A stretch of DNA of 63,543 nt, the filler included, from Cystobasidiomycetes sp. EMM_F5 (taxonomy: Eukaryota): NCBI GenBank assembly GCA_051047955.1. It is 20 parts of 20 records of this genome, joined end to end, with 100 filler letters (N's around TTAATTAATTAA, not from the genome) between each part and the next. Parts side by side here need not be neighbours in the genome. Positions count along the whole stretch, not along the records: positions 39,364 to 42,210 come from JBPGPT010000111.1; positions 42,311 to 45,102 come from JBPGPT010000112.1; positions 45,203 to 47,943 come from JBPGPT010000113.1; positions 48,044 to 50,715 come from JBPGPT010000114.1; positions 50,816 to 53,401 come from JBPGPT010000115.1; 15 more parts are not named here. One strand, written 5' to 3'. The notes below the pieces were generated by a model. That model did no database searches. It was not told the DNA's origin and saw only the letters and a program-made list of their open reading frames with translations. Both the position numbers and the translations under genes were made by a program. Below, one piece after another: positions 40,574 to 52,448 of this stretch. Numbering within the stretch: position 1 is the stretch's first letter; every line of letters starts with the position of its first letter.

Positions 40574-42210
40574 ATGGCACAGCACGGCGTAAACCCTGCT
40601 CCTGCAAGGTACACGGTACGCGGCAACGCAGTTTGGCAGCGCGTTCAGTATCCGGCTCAGTCGCTGTGCGGCACCCTGGAAGGTGCAGACGGAGCTCCAG
40701 TCTTGGAGCATGTACATATTGTGGTTACTGGTCAGCCCGACTGGCAGTACGTCGGTCAGCTAATCGCAATCTATCCTGGGGACCCAGCCATCGTGCATCA
40801 GCAATTTAACGGTCAGCCAATGTATTCAGCTCAAGCTCCTCCTCAAGCTCTGTTTCCGGCTCCTCCTCATGCACCATTTCATGCTCCCCCTCATGTTTCT
40901 TTTCAAGCTCCTCCTGCTGTTTCGTCACATGCTCCTTTTCATGTTTCGTCACATCTTCCATTTCAACCTCCGATCCCAGCGGCCGTCCATGCTCCGTCTC
41001 AAGCAAATCTAGCTCAGACGCAGGCTCCAGTTTCAGTCACCCAAGCTCCCGTTCAAGCAGCTCAAATTCCACTTCAGGCTCCGAGTCCAGCTGCACTTCA
41101 AGCAGTTCAGCCAGTTCAGCCAGTTCCGGTTCCAGTTCAACCAGTACCAGCTCCAGTGCATGCTCCTAGAACTCAGTCTCCGCGATTTCCGGTTGCCGCT
41201 GCCGATAACGTACAAGATTCTCTTCGCGTTCCTCCTTCCGCAAAGACCGGCGTCGAATACCTTTTCAAGATATCGTCGCGAACCGGTGGGATAGCAACAC
41301 CACAAAGTCAGCCTGCTGTGGCCTCTCAGTCTTCCTACGCAAAGGAGCTCTTCGGCATCCCGCGTTTAAATCGCTACGAAGCTCTGACAGTGGAGGAGCC
41401 AGAGGACATTCAAGACGAGCCTCCTCGAGCACTCGCTCTGAGGCCGACCAGCCCTGTTAGACGTAAGCCATCGACCTCGCAAAAGAAGCCAGCGGCGTCA
41501 AGCAAGAAGTCTTCGCAGAAAGAAAAGGACCTCTCGGGTCTTTGCGAAGTAGACTATATGACGAGCTTCATCCGCAAGCCCTCCGCGGTCGACAAACGAG
41601 CAGGGAATTCCGTCAGCCGTGAAGGCGGCAAATCTGCTAGTCAGCCATCTACTTTTCAGCCAAAGGATCGCAATAAGCCCGACACAGGCAAAGGCAAAGC
41701 TAGAGTAAGCGACGTAGCTACGCCATTCTCGTCCACTCGCCCATCCGAAAACACGGTTAAGCAAGACGATTGGGAGGCTGGTGTCGATGACTGGGGTACA
41801 CCTCAGAAACCCGAGAAAGTCATAGAATCTCAAGCTGAGGACAACGAATCGGCATCGGGACCTTCAGTGCAACCTGACAATGAGTGGGAAGCTCTGTCAA
41901 CTCACCAAAAATGGCCCATCACGGCTATTCTGCCATCTGGCTCGCCTCCGCGTCCTGTAGAGCCGACTCTGACTTCCGCTGCGACTGCTCCTCCTTCGAC
42001 CGGTGCTGCTACTGTTCCACAACCATCTGCTATTCAAGCTGTTGACTCTGCTCAACTTGCTACGCCGCTTTCCCACCCAGCGCAGGCTGGGTTAGCTCCT
42101 CAAACACCAGCTCACGATGCAGCTCAAACAACAGCTCAAGCTGAAGCACCAGCTGAGACAACTCACACTCCCGCTCAGTCCCAAGCTCCAGCTGAAGCGC
42201 CAGCTCAGGA
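40574..42210 (+). CDS. Hypothetical Pro/Ala/Gln-rich, largely disordered protein, 3' truncated
   Basis: Uninterrupted frame of more than 540 codons with APPH/QAP/QPV repeats; divergent from the preceding ORF. Confidence 0.6.
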
Positions 42211-42310
42211 NNNNNNNNNNNNNNNNNNNNNNNNNNNNNNNNNNNNNNNNNNNNTTAATTAATTAANNNNNNNNNNNNNNNNNNNNNNNNNNNNNNNNNN
42301 NNNNNNNNNN

Positions 42311-42363
42311 AACTGACATCTTCCTAGTCCGCATGTTTGACGGTCAAACCGTTCATACTGACG
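42311..42363 (+). repeat. 55-bp palindrome-core element, copy 4 (left end of a different contig)
   Basis: AACTGACATCTTCCTAGTCCGCATGTTTGACGGTCAAACCGTTCATACTGACG; shares the invariant 21-mer TGTTTGACGGTCAAACCGTTC with copies 1-3. Confidence 0.9.
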
Positions 42364-44365
42364 TTTTTTTCTCGGTTCCTTGCTCTGCGCAAAGATTGCC
42401 TGACAGCCGCTTTCCATTCGTGAATGCTCTCAGAATTTGTATGCAGTTTACCTATACTCAAGCTGGTTCAAGCGAGGCTTCGAGGAGTGTAGCGAGAATC
42501 GAATAAAAAAACTCGGACATGCGTCTACGCTGCTGTCGTGCAACAATCCATAACATCAAACGGATATACACAGCATAGATTGAAGAGCATTCAAGAGGCT
42601 TGCTGAACATAGCTCACAAGCGTAGAATCAAACCCAGCGATTGCAAAAGTCATTCGGTCAATGGGCTATCAGAACAGTCGCTGCTTCGTATGGGACACCG
42701 GTCAAATTTTGTTAACATGCTATCTCATCGCAACATTCTGTCTTATCTTACTGTCCTGCAGTCAGTCGCCCTTCCCCTAGCTATCTTTCGTTCTAATCTT
42801 CTCATGTTTGATTATATATTGGTTCAGCCACTTTATCACCAGTTCTTTGCGCTGCATGAGAGGTCCCACGACATCATACCTCAGCCGCGTTTTCACATCT
42901 CTCCGAAGTCCTTGCCCGGCATAGGGTTGCCGAGGTTGTCCAACCGGCTTTTCTTCTCAAGTCAACTGGAAAAGTCCGGACAAATGTCAGCGCCAATGTC
43001 TTTTGATAGTATTAATTGACCGTCTGCCACTAATCGAGCATAACATGCGAGATAGGCGCAACATACAGATGACCGACTTATGGATCATGGTTCGCTTTGC
43101 CGCACAGTGTCTTGCTCACACGAGCATATTGACGCTGATATATCATTGCATGGAAAACGCATCTCGCTACAGTTTTTCTAAGCAGCCAAAACAACTCGCA
43201 CCCAGTGCGATCGAGTCGTGCTCGTTGCTTGAATTCACAGACTTCGTCGTATGGGTAATTCAGCCATCTTGTACTTGACAGCACGGTGCTTTGCATTCAC
43301 TCGCATTGCAACCAACGTAAGTGAGACAGTGACTCATGCCTTCATTTTCTGGCTGGTCGTATAAACTTGTGTCTGCGGCACCATTCTAATCTTACCCAGC
43401 TTCTAGGATCATCTGAGGCTACTGGGTTTGAACAACGTCCTTCCATCTCATGAATTTGGAAGATCAATCTTGATTAAATAGGTAGATGTAACTTTCACTT
43501 AAACACCGAGCATTCCGATGTTGCTCTCGCTCGTGAGACAGCGTTTTCGGCTCTGCTTTGAGCTGATCAAATCTGCCGCGATCTTCTTGTGGTATATAGA
43601 TTGCTGATATATTTGCTCATTACCTACCATGCGAGCGTAGTCATGAAAGAACTGGCCAAATAGTTTGATGACTGACTACATTGAAATGGTTCTTTTGTCT
43701 GCACGAGTAATATTCATGATGTGTGTAATGACAGTTCTGCGAAAAACACAAAGCAGAGAACTTTTTGTGTCTTACCGCGTGCGCGATATGTATGTGTTTG
43801 TCAGTATCCAGTTATGTAAGAAAGGGAACTTTTGCCGTTGCGTCATGGCTGCAGGCTTTGGTTGTGTCTGCTCGTAACAAGTGTAGTCAAATTACGAGTG
43901 CTTGAGGCGCAGGCTCAGTCCCGGCCTCCATGACCATATTGTATCGTGCTATGCGGAGGAGCCATAGTTATAACGACTGCTGTGTTGCGCCGGTCCTTGA
44001 CAGACAGCAGTATCAAAAAAGTCCCTGACGTAGAGTTGGGTGTATGATACATTTCTCATTTTTTCGCCGGCACCTATAATATTGGTCAATGCGGATTCAA
44101 GGAGTTTCATTGTTTTACGTATTTAGCAGTAAAGTGGTAGCTGCGCAGTAGGCGAACAGGCTTCCACCCAAGAGATTGAACTATTTGGTGATAAGAAATT
44201 GAGAGATTTGGAATGAGGTCACTTTGATGGATCTTCGACATTGATGAACGAGGCGCATGATTCTTCGTAAGGAAGATGGTGGATTGATAAAAGAAGAGTA
44301 GCTAGGACTAGGTTAGAGTGATCTAATGCCAGGCGATTACTGCTAAGCTACTGGCGAATGGGTTT

Positions 44366-44401
44366 CCTGACGTCGTTTAAATTTTTGGGTCAGACGGTCA
44401 A
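44366..44401 (+). repeat. Degenerate copy 5 of the element (two 9-bp boxes only)
   Basis: CCTGACGTC-N18-GACGGTCAA with the same 18-nt spacing as copies 1, 3 and 4, but an unrelated spacer. Confidence 0.6.
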
Positions 44402-45765
44402 GTTCGACACTACGCAAAAGGAAGCGAATGCATGTCAGCAGTACGATATAGGGCAATATACGCACCGCATAGGAAGAAGAACAAGTTGGTACTTAGTGCC
44501 ACCGGTACAACTTTAGCCAGTGGTCGAGTAATACGTTTGATAGGGTCGTTAAATACGAACATTTCTTCCGGTTACCCTCACGGTTTCTGGGTGTCTGTGC
44601 GTTATCAAATGTATCGGCAATCATGTGTATGACATATTGTACCAATACAGAATCACTATTCAGCGATGTAGACGCGACATCTAATTTTGCAGTATCACGT
44701 TAGAAAACTTTGGTTTGAAAACACGTTGGTCGATTATTGAATCGGTCGATTATTGTATGTAGTATAGGTTTGCAACTGATTGCTTGCAATCTTTAAGAGC
44801 TACTGGCTACTATGCAAAGAGCTATAACGAGCAGATCAATGAGCAGCGCGAGGAGGAGGAACCGGTAGAGCTGATGAATACGTCGTGGACGGGTCTGCTG
44901 CCAGCGATGTGGATTGAAATACTCGCGGTGAAGAGTGGGCGAACGTGAAGGTCGTAGCATTGACGGAGTATACTCCATGTGTGAGTTCGGGCACCAAATG
45001 GTATACTGACATGCACGAGAATTCCAAAGGTTGCCTTAATTGTATTGCCCTTCAAATTTTGAGCTGATGAATTGATGAGGAGACAACAGCTGACGACTAA
45101 TTNNNNNNNNNNNNNNNNNNNNNNNNNNNNNNNNNNNNNNNNNNNNTTAATTAATTAANNNNNNNNNNNNNNNNNNNNNNNNNNNNNNNNNNNNNNNNNN
45201 NNACATTTGCCACCGAGCGTCACCGCCCGTGACGGTCGCCACCTACCTACCTCGAAGTTAAGTTGAACCTGCGAGTCTGCCTAACCCTGGTCGTCTTGTA
45301 TAGCCCGACACTTGGTGCCTGCTGTGCCGGCTCCGGCAGGACTTCTTGATTGTTCTGCAAATAACGTGTCAGCGAGCTACGCCAATCCCGCCAATCCCGT
45401 TATTCAACTTACCGACGTCGCCCTCAAAGGGTCTGGGCCACGAAGGCCGGGTCCAACGTTGGTGTTGCTGGTGGATGACATCTACGAAGATGTCAACCAC
45501 TAAGCCAACAAACACGACAAAACCAACTACTCACTTTGTTGGGGTTGTTGTTGGGGTTGCTGTTGCTGATGTTGCTGTTGCTTGCTTCAAAATTTAGCAG
45601 CGTATGGAACGAAGACAAGCCACGAACAGAACTTCGAACTGGCTCGTACTTCGATCGGACAACACGTGATCATACTACTAAGCAAGTTAAACAGTGACAT
45701 GAACGCACAGACCACCAGTCTACTCTTATTCAGTCTCCGGACTTCATCTTTTTAGGGGGATGGAA

Positions 45766-47677
45766 TGTGAGCCTGGCTATAGCGCTGAGACACTTTTTCC
45801 GTACTTCCAGGACCTTCGTACCTCCTTCGAACTTGCCTTCGTACTTACTTCCGGGCAAGCTTCCGGAATACTTTGGTCTTTACGGTTTTTTAATGTCATC
45901 AGCATATACCATTCTCATCACCTGAAGCTTCTAGGACAAGATTCAGCCTTCGGCGCTCTTAGTACTTCCTTCGTACTAGTCTTAGTACTTCTCTTCGTAC
46001 TACTAAGGCTTAGTACTTCAGGCACCGAAGTCTATCTTTACGAATCTTGATCAAGATCGCTTGACGGATCAGTAGCATGCTCCTTTCTACATAAGAGGAC
46101 ATCTTATCTACTTCAAGCATCTCTCTTGGACCTTTTCGAGCTTCGTACCTGCTGAGTACTTTCCTTCGTACATACTAAGACAAGTACGATAACTCGGATC
46201 TTCACGGGATGAGGCTCGGCACTCCTCCCCACATCTCCTATGTTCTTAACTTACAGTGACAACCCTCTAACCGAACCCTGCACCCCCGTCGGACGGATCC
46301 CCTGTTAGAGCGGTGCTGTCACCAAAGTACGAACAACTGCCAAGTAGCTACTTCGATGTTGTAGCATAGCTCTTGGTTTCGCTCCAACAATTTGAACACC
46401 AACGCACCCCAGAGCATCCTCGTTGCCCATTGCAAGAGTCTGCCCTGTGCATCGTGTTCCGTACTTCTAAGTACGATTGTCTCCACTCCTCCCGCGACCC
46501 TGAAGAAGAGTAGTTCCACTTCAGTATCGCTTCTCTACCACCACTGCAACGACTCGACGCACCTGCCGCCTCGGATCGTGCAGATACCCCTTAGTACGAC
46601 GTTCGTAGTACTAGTACTATCGCCCGAACAACCCCGTTCCCCCTGAAGCAGAATAGTTCCACTTCAAGAACGGTTCTTCATCACCCCTGCACTGTCTTTA
46701 ACCACTTTAGTGATCAGTCAAGTGCAGATTCGTCTAAGTACGATCCTTAGTACTTCTACTACTAAGGTTCGTACTTCCTGCAACGCCTCAGCATCGCCAC
46801 CTAAGACTCCTACGCTCTTCTACGAATCGTATGAGTCTTTCCCTTTGATATCGGAGCGACTCCGTCGACACAGCCTAGCTTAGTTGCCCTTAGTACATCC
46901 TTCGTACATACTAAGCCCAACTACGAAGCCAGGCACGACCTCTAAGGACTCCGACATCTCATCTACGCCCTTATCGCCATCTCTCCTCGTCTATTACACC
47001 TCACTACAGTCTCCTCCCCTTATCCTACGCTATCTATCGCCTTCGGACTATCTTCGTACTTTGCTAAGTACTACGAAGAAAGTACTATCTTCCGCCCACG
47101 ACCCCGCGCTACTCGAAGCTACTCTATAGCTTTCCTTATAGGACACTACGATACCTATCAAGCCTTCTAGAACCCTTTCTAGCGAAGACTTGACCTTCTT
47201 TGGTTCTTAGTACTTTCGACAGAAGTACTAAGAGAAGTACTAAGAACTAATCTTCCCTCTAAGTACCATCTATCATACTTGAAAGGCCCTCAGGATGCTT
47301 CTTGGACCCTATTGAGCCATAGGATAAGATCCTTACCGGTAGAGCCACTACTTAGGCCCTTCGTACCAGTCTTCGTACTACTAAGGTCAGTACTAAGAGA
47401 ACTACGAAGTCCTTGACACTTGTCTATTTACCAAGTAGTACATAACGGGTTCACACGCAACATGCGAGACGCCAAGCACAAGTACAATGATATACACGAG
47501 ACCGTATGGCCTGGTAGAACTAAGCAAGGATTCAATATTAACGTGCCGAGGCTTCTGCAGGTCCTGATATCCTTCGCAATTGTGATTCAGAGCCACTTGT
47601 GAACTTTCTTGTGCATGCGATGTATCTTATCGCAATGTAATTCCTGCTATCCGTGACATAGCCCAGGCTGACTCACA
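45766..47677 (+). mobile_element. Probable long (about 1.9 kb) retrotransposon LTR
   Basis: Preceded by the purine tract AGGGGGATGGAA; begins TGTGAGCCTGGCTAT and ends ATAGCCCAGGCTGACTCACA (imperfect terminal inverted repeat, TG...CA); non-coding, with internal repeats. Confidence 0.6.
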
Positions 47678-48043
47678 TCTAGGCCTGTCTCTCATTGATC
47701 TGTGCATTGCAAGTAACGATGGCTGTTCTTTTGGTTCGGTGGTCCGGGTCTCGACGGTCTATTTATATTTAATGACTTTCTGTCGGGCTACCGGCCCACC
47801 CGGGGGAAAGTACGTAGGAGTACTTAGGGGTTTACGGACGAGGTCGGTGCAAGTCCCAGACAGACTAGGATACCAAAGACTATGACTGAGGTTGAAGTCA
47901 ATAGTCGAAGGTAAGGTCGAAGGTCGAGGTACTACTAGTTGAANNNNNNNNNNNNNNNNNNNNNNNNNNNNNNNNNNNNNNNNNNNNTTAATTAATTAAN
48001 NNNNNNNNNNNNNNNNNNNNNNNNNNNNNNNNNNNNNNNNNNN

Positions 48044-50715
48044 TGGCCGGAGCAAAACCAATGGTTCGGATTCGCTGGCTTTACCCCCCGCTGCAAAATC
48101 GGGACGACGACTAAGTGCATCTGGTTTGCCAGACTTGTCGCCAGAACGGTACTTGATAATATATTTGTGATGATTGATGACTTCAGACCACCGCGCTTGT
48201 CTTCTAGTAAGCGTTTTCGATGTCTGGAAGTACTGGAGGGCTTGATGATCTGATAGGATTACGAAGGGTCTGGTGAGTCCTTCGAGGTAATGTCGCCATA
48301 TTTTGATGGAATCGACGATAGCTAAGAGTTCCTTGTCATGAATCTCGTAGTTCCTTTCTGCCGGATTCATTTTCCGAGACATGAAAGCTACGGGATGAAG
48401 GATTTTGTCGTGGTACTGAGATAGTACGCCAGAGATTGCATAGTCCGATGCATCGGTCTCGATGATAGTTTCGAGTTTTGGGTCGAAGTGACGTAGGAAG
48501 CCGGCCGTAGTGAAAGCATTTTTAATCCGATGGAAGGCTTCACGGGCATCCACGTCAAAGTCGTACTTGATGTCCTTCTTGAGAAGTTTTGTGAGTGGTG
48601 AGATAATCCGAGAATAGCCTTGGATAAATCGCCGGTAGAAGTTGGCGAACCCAAGGAATTGCTGAAGCTCGCGAACCTTTGTAGGCTCGGGCCATTTCAA
48701 GACAGCATCGACTTTGTTTTGAGCCATGCTTACGCCATTGGATGAAATTATGAATCCCAGGAATTCCGTAGTGGTAACCGAGAATTCACATTTCTCCGCT
48801 TTGGCATAGAGATTGTTATCGGTGAGGCGTTGCAGTACGTTCCGAACGTCCTCGGCATGACGATCCTTAGAATCCGAGAAGATAAGGATGTCGTCCAGAT
48901 AGATCAACACAGTATGATCGAGCATGTCGCGAAAGACATCGTTCATAAAGTGTTGGAAGACTGCCGGTGCGTTTGTGAGCCCAAACGGCATGACCAGGCA
49001 TTCGAAATGTCCGTAGCGAGTGCGGAAAGCCGTTTTCCATTCATCGCCTTCTTTGACGCGGACCAGATTGTAGGCGCCTCTGAGATCGAGCTTGGTGAAG
49101 ATCTTTGCACGTCGAAGTCGATCCAGGGCCTCAGGAATCAGAGGTAATGGATATCGGTTCTTGATGGTAATGTTATTGAGAGCCCGATAATCCACACAAA
49201 GGCGGAGTGACCCATCTTTCTTTTTGACGAAGAGGATGGGTGAGCCAGCAGGAGAGCGGGAGGCGCGAATGAAGCCTTTAGATAGATTGTCTTCCAGCCA
49301 TTCGGAGAGCGCCTTGAGTTCCAGCTCAGACAGAGAGTACAGCGGACCGTAAGGAGGCTTCTGTCCTTCCTCGAGGTCTATGCTGAGGTCGTAAGGTCGG
49401 TGCGGTGGAAGCGTGTCGGCCTTGACTTTCGAGAAGGCCGAGAGATGGCCATGGTATTCCGGCGGAATAGTTTTCTTGAGTGTGTTGATGTAGTCCTCGG
49501 GGTCCGGGAGCTCATCGTCCGAAGATGGCGGTTGGAAAGCACCATCGGTGACTGCACCTAATACCATATCGTCTGGATCATGATAAAAGAGTGTGCCAGT
49601 CGCAGAAGCAGAGTCTTGAATTTCAGATTGGAAGTCGGTGAAGTTGACGAAGGCAATGTCCAATGGAGCAGAGGTAGTTGGGACGAATGGTAGGCCCCGA
49701 ACTACTATTGGATCTTCATCTTGCTTCCGGGAAGGAATTGTAAGAACTTTACGTTTCCAGTCGACTTGTGGATTGATTGCATGCAGCCATGGCATGCCGA
49801 GAATGACAGGATAGATACCAAGTTGGGTGACCTCCAGAGAGATGGGATGTAGAGGTCCACCAAACTGTATCTTGGCAGAGCAGGTGTGTGTGACGTTACC
49901 AGACTCGATTGGTCGTCCGTCGATAACGTACAGAGGTGTCGGGGTGTCCTTCTGGACAATGTGCAGATGGTAGCGTTCGATGAAACGCTGATCGATGAAG
50001 TCGGAGGATGCGCCGCTATCTAGCAGAGCATGAGTCGGCAGAGAAACGATGGAACCATCGGGTTGAAGCTGGTGGAACTTGATCGGGATGACCAAGGGAG
50101 TGAGATTTCCGGGAGCATGAGCAGTGGCAGCACTGGCAGTGAGAGTATGGGGGCGCCACTCTTGAGGGTCCGACGCTAGGCGCGCGTGAGTCGGACGTTC
50201 TAGTTTTCCGACTTCTTGACGACAGTGCGTGCCGACTTGTCAGCAGGAGCACTGAGAGTAGCCTGAATTCTTGCTGGGCGTTGTGTCTTGACTGGGCACT
50301 CGGTAGCACGGTGTCCAGCTTTGCCGCAGTAGAGGCAGAGATTGTTGGTGATCCGATGTTGTCGCTCGGCAGGAGTCAGGGGCTTGAACTTGCGGGTGAC
50401 GGACGCGTCAATGTCCATAGTCATGGGCATCGAGACATTCTTGGTGTAGATCTGGGGTCTTGCCTCATAGATGGGTGCCGGCTTGCGAGCAGCATGAGAG
50501 TCGGTCATGTTGGCTCTTGCATGGTTGTTGTTGTTAACCTTGCCGAAGTTGCTGTTGCCACGTGACTCTTGCTTGCGTTCGTAGAGGCGGTTGTCGATTC
50601 TGACACAGAGATCCTGGAAGGCCTTGAAGTTTTCGGGCTCTTCGACGACCAAAGCCAAGGCATCTTTGACCTCGGGCTTGAGTCCGTCATAGAAGTATGT
50701 CTTGAGTCCTGGTTC
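48044..50715 (-). mobile_element. Ty3/gypsy LTR retrotransposon gag-pol (chromovirus-like), truncated at both ends
   Basis: Gag knuckle [14 protein letters not shown] (stop at 50200); pol with LLDSGA protease, [23 protein letters not shown]...[13 protein letters not shown]ase H; pol is in the -1 frame relative to gag. Confidence 0.97.
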
Positions 50716-52448
50716 NNNNNNNNNNNNNNNNNNNNNNNNNNNNNNNNNNNNNNNNNNNNTTAATTAATTAANNNNNNNNNNNNNNNNNNNNNNNNNNNNN
50801 NNNNNNNNNNNNNNNTAAATACTGATGTTAGTTTTAGCCAAGAAAGCCGGCAAGAGGCGAGGCGAGTCGCTTTTTGAAGCGACTGCGACAAAGCGCCAGC
50901 CCATCGACGCGGCAGATGCGGTGGACGATGTGCTGCCTGGCTTCAAGCAGTCGAGGCCTCACGAGGGCGAAGGCCATCGACGCAGCGCCCCTCCTTCCGA
51001 AGAGCCAGAGGGAAGGGATCCCTTTTGTGAGGGGGCCAGCAACCGTACCGGTCGTGGTCCGGATAAACCTCGGACGCTTTATCCTCATGAGCGCGCCGAT
51101 ACTACCAAGTATTATGACCATACGCTCCCAAAACTGGAGAGCGCCATCCGTAAGTGCATCTATAAGGTCGACAGGGCGAGTTCGAGTCGGCCGGCCACGT
51201 AGCTTTCCACAGGCTGTCGTGGGATATTAAAGAAGCGTTTGAGAAAGCCAGGCAGGGAGTTAAAGACCTGGAGGCCGTCCAGGATGAGGTTTTAGGCAGG
51301 CTAAAGTCGGGCGAGATAAGCCAATAGTTTCTTTTTCTTTCGTAGTTTTGAATTTTTTGTAGTACTATCTTTTTTGAAATGTTGTATTTGTTTTTAGAGG
51401 ATTTTGAATTGTTGTATTTCAAGTATATAGTTTTCTTTCCAGCAATACGTGTTTGATTTGCCTACTCATATAATGTAGAAAGTGAGATCTCACTTATGGG
51501 CGCTGTGCCTGATCGTCACTGAAAAACTTCAAGTCTCATTTGCACAAAAACTAGAGCCGCTAGAGACAAACAGACAAGCAAGCATGATTGTAGCATAGCA
51601 GAACAATCTCAGACGAGACTTATAGATCTCCAGCGTTAATACTGACTGAGCTACAGCGATCCGCCCAATTTTCTCACTCAGGAGCTAAAAGTCTCAATTG
51701 CAGCCAAACCAGAAGCGATATAAAAAAACTGAATAGACAAAGTTGCTTCAAATGTTATGAAGAATCTCAGTGCAGACTTATTGCTGCTCACGATGTATAT
51801 TGACGATGCTATTGTACGCCGCTGCCGCCACCAGGCACAGTCAGGCACAGTCAGGCACGAATATAATACCACCAACAGCACCCAGGCAGGAATGTTTCCA
51901 GTCAAGCAGGCATTGTTCACAGCATAGCAATAGAAGTGAACTATATGTATACCGAGTTTCGTAGCCATCCGATGAAGTCAAGTCAAGTCGCTGTATTCCG
52001 CCACCAGCATAGAGGCAGAGCAGTACTGTGTAGCATAGCCAATCAAGCAGAGCAGGTGTCCAGTGTACAGTCTCAAGCCAACGTTGTAAACCCGTAGTAT
52101 TGCCTCCCAGAATGCCGCGCAAGTCACCACCACAGCTGTACTAAACACAGCAACCAAAGGTGGAGAAGCAGAGACGCGACCCATAGTTTGGCTATCCGTA
52201 TATCAAAGACCATCAGCATCCTCCGCCAGCTACACGTGCGTGAATTACGTGTAGCCCTGCGTACACCTAGTGCGTGAGTTACTAGTGTATACGACTTACG
52301 AGTCTATGCGCGTGAGTTGCACAGACGACAGAGGAATACTAACAGCCAGTGATGTATGAATAGACAGGGACCATGGATGCAGCTGCACCGCGAACCCAAG
52401 GCTCGTCTTACGTCGCGCCATTAGTAGGCCTAAAGAGGGGGGGTTCGG

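Noticed and set aside
50825..52184. Short ORFs upstream of the hairpin triplet, including hydrophobic antisense frames
   Set aside because: No recognisable domain and interrupted frames; a product call cannot be supported.
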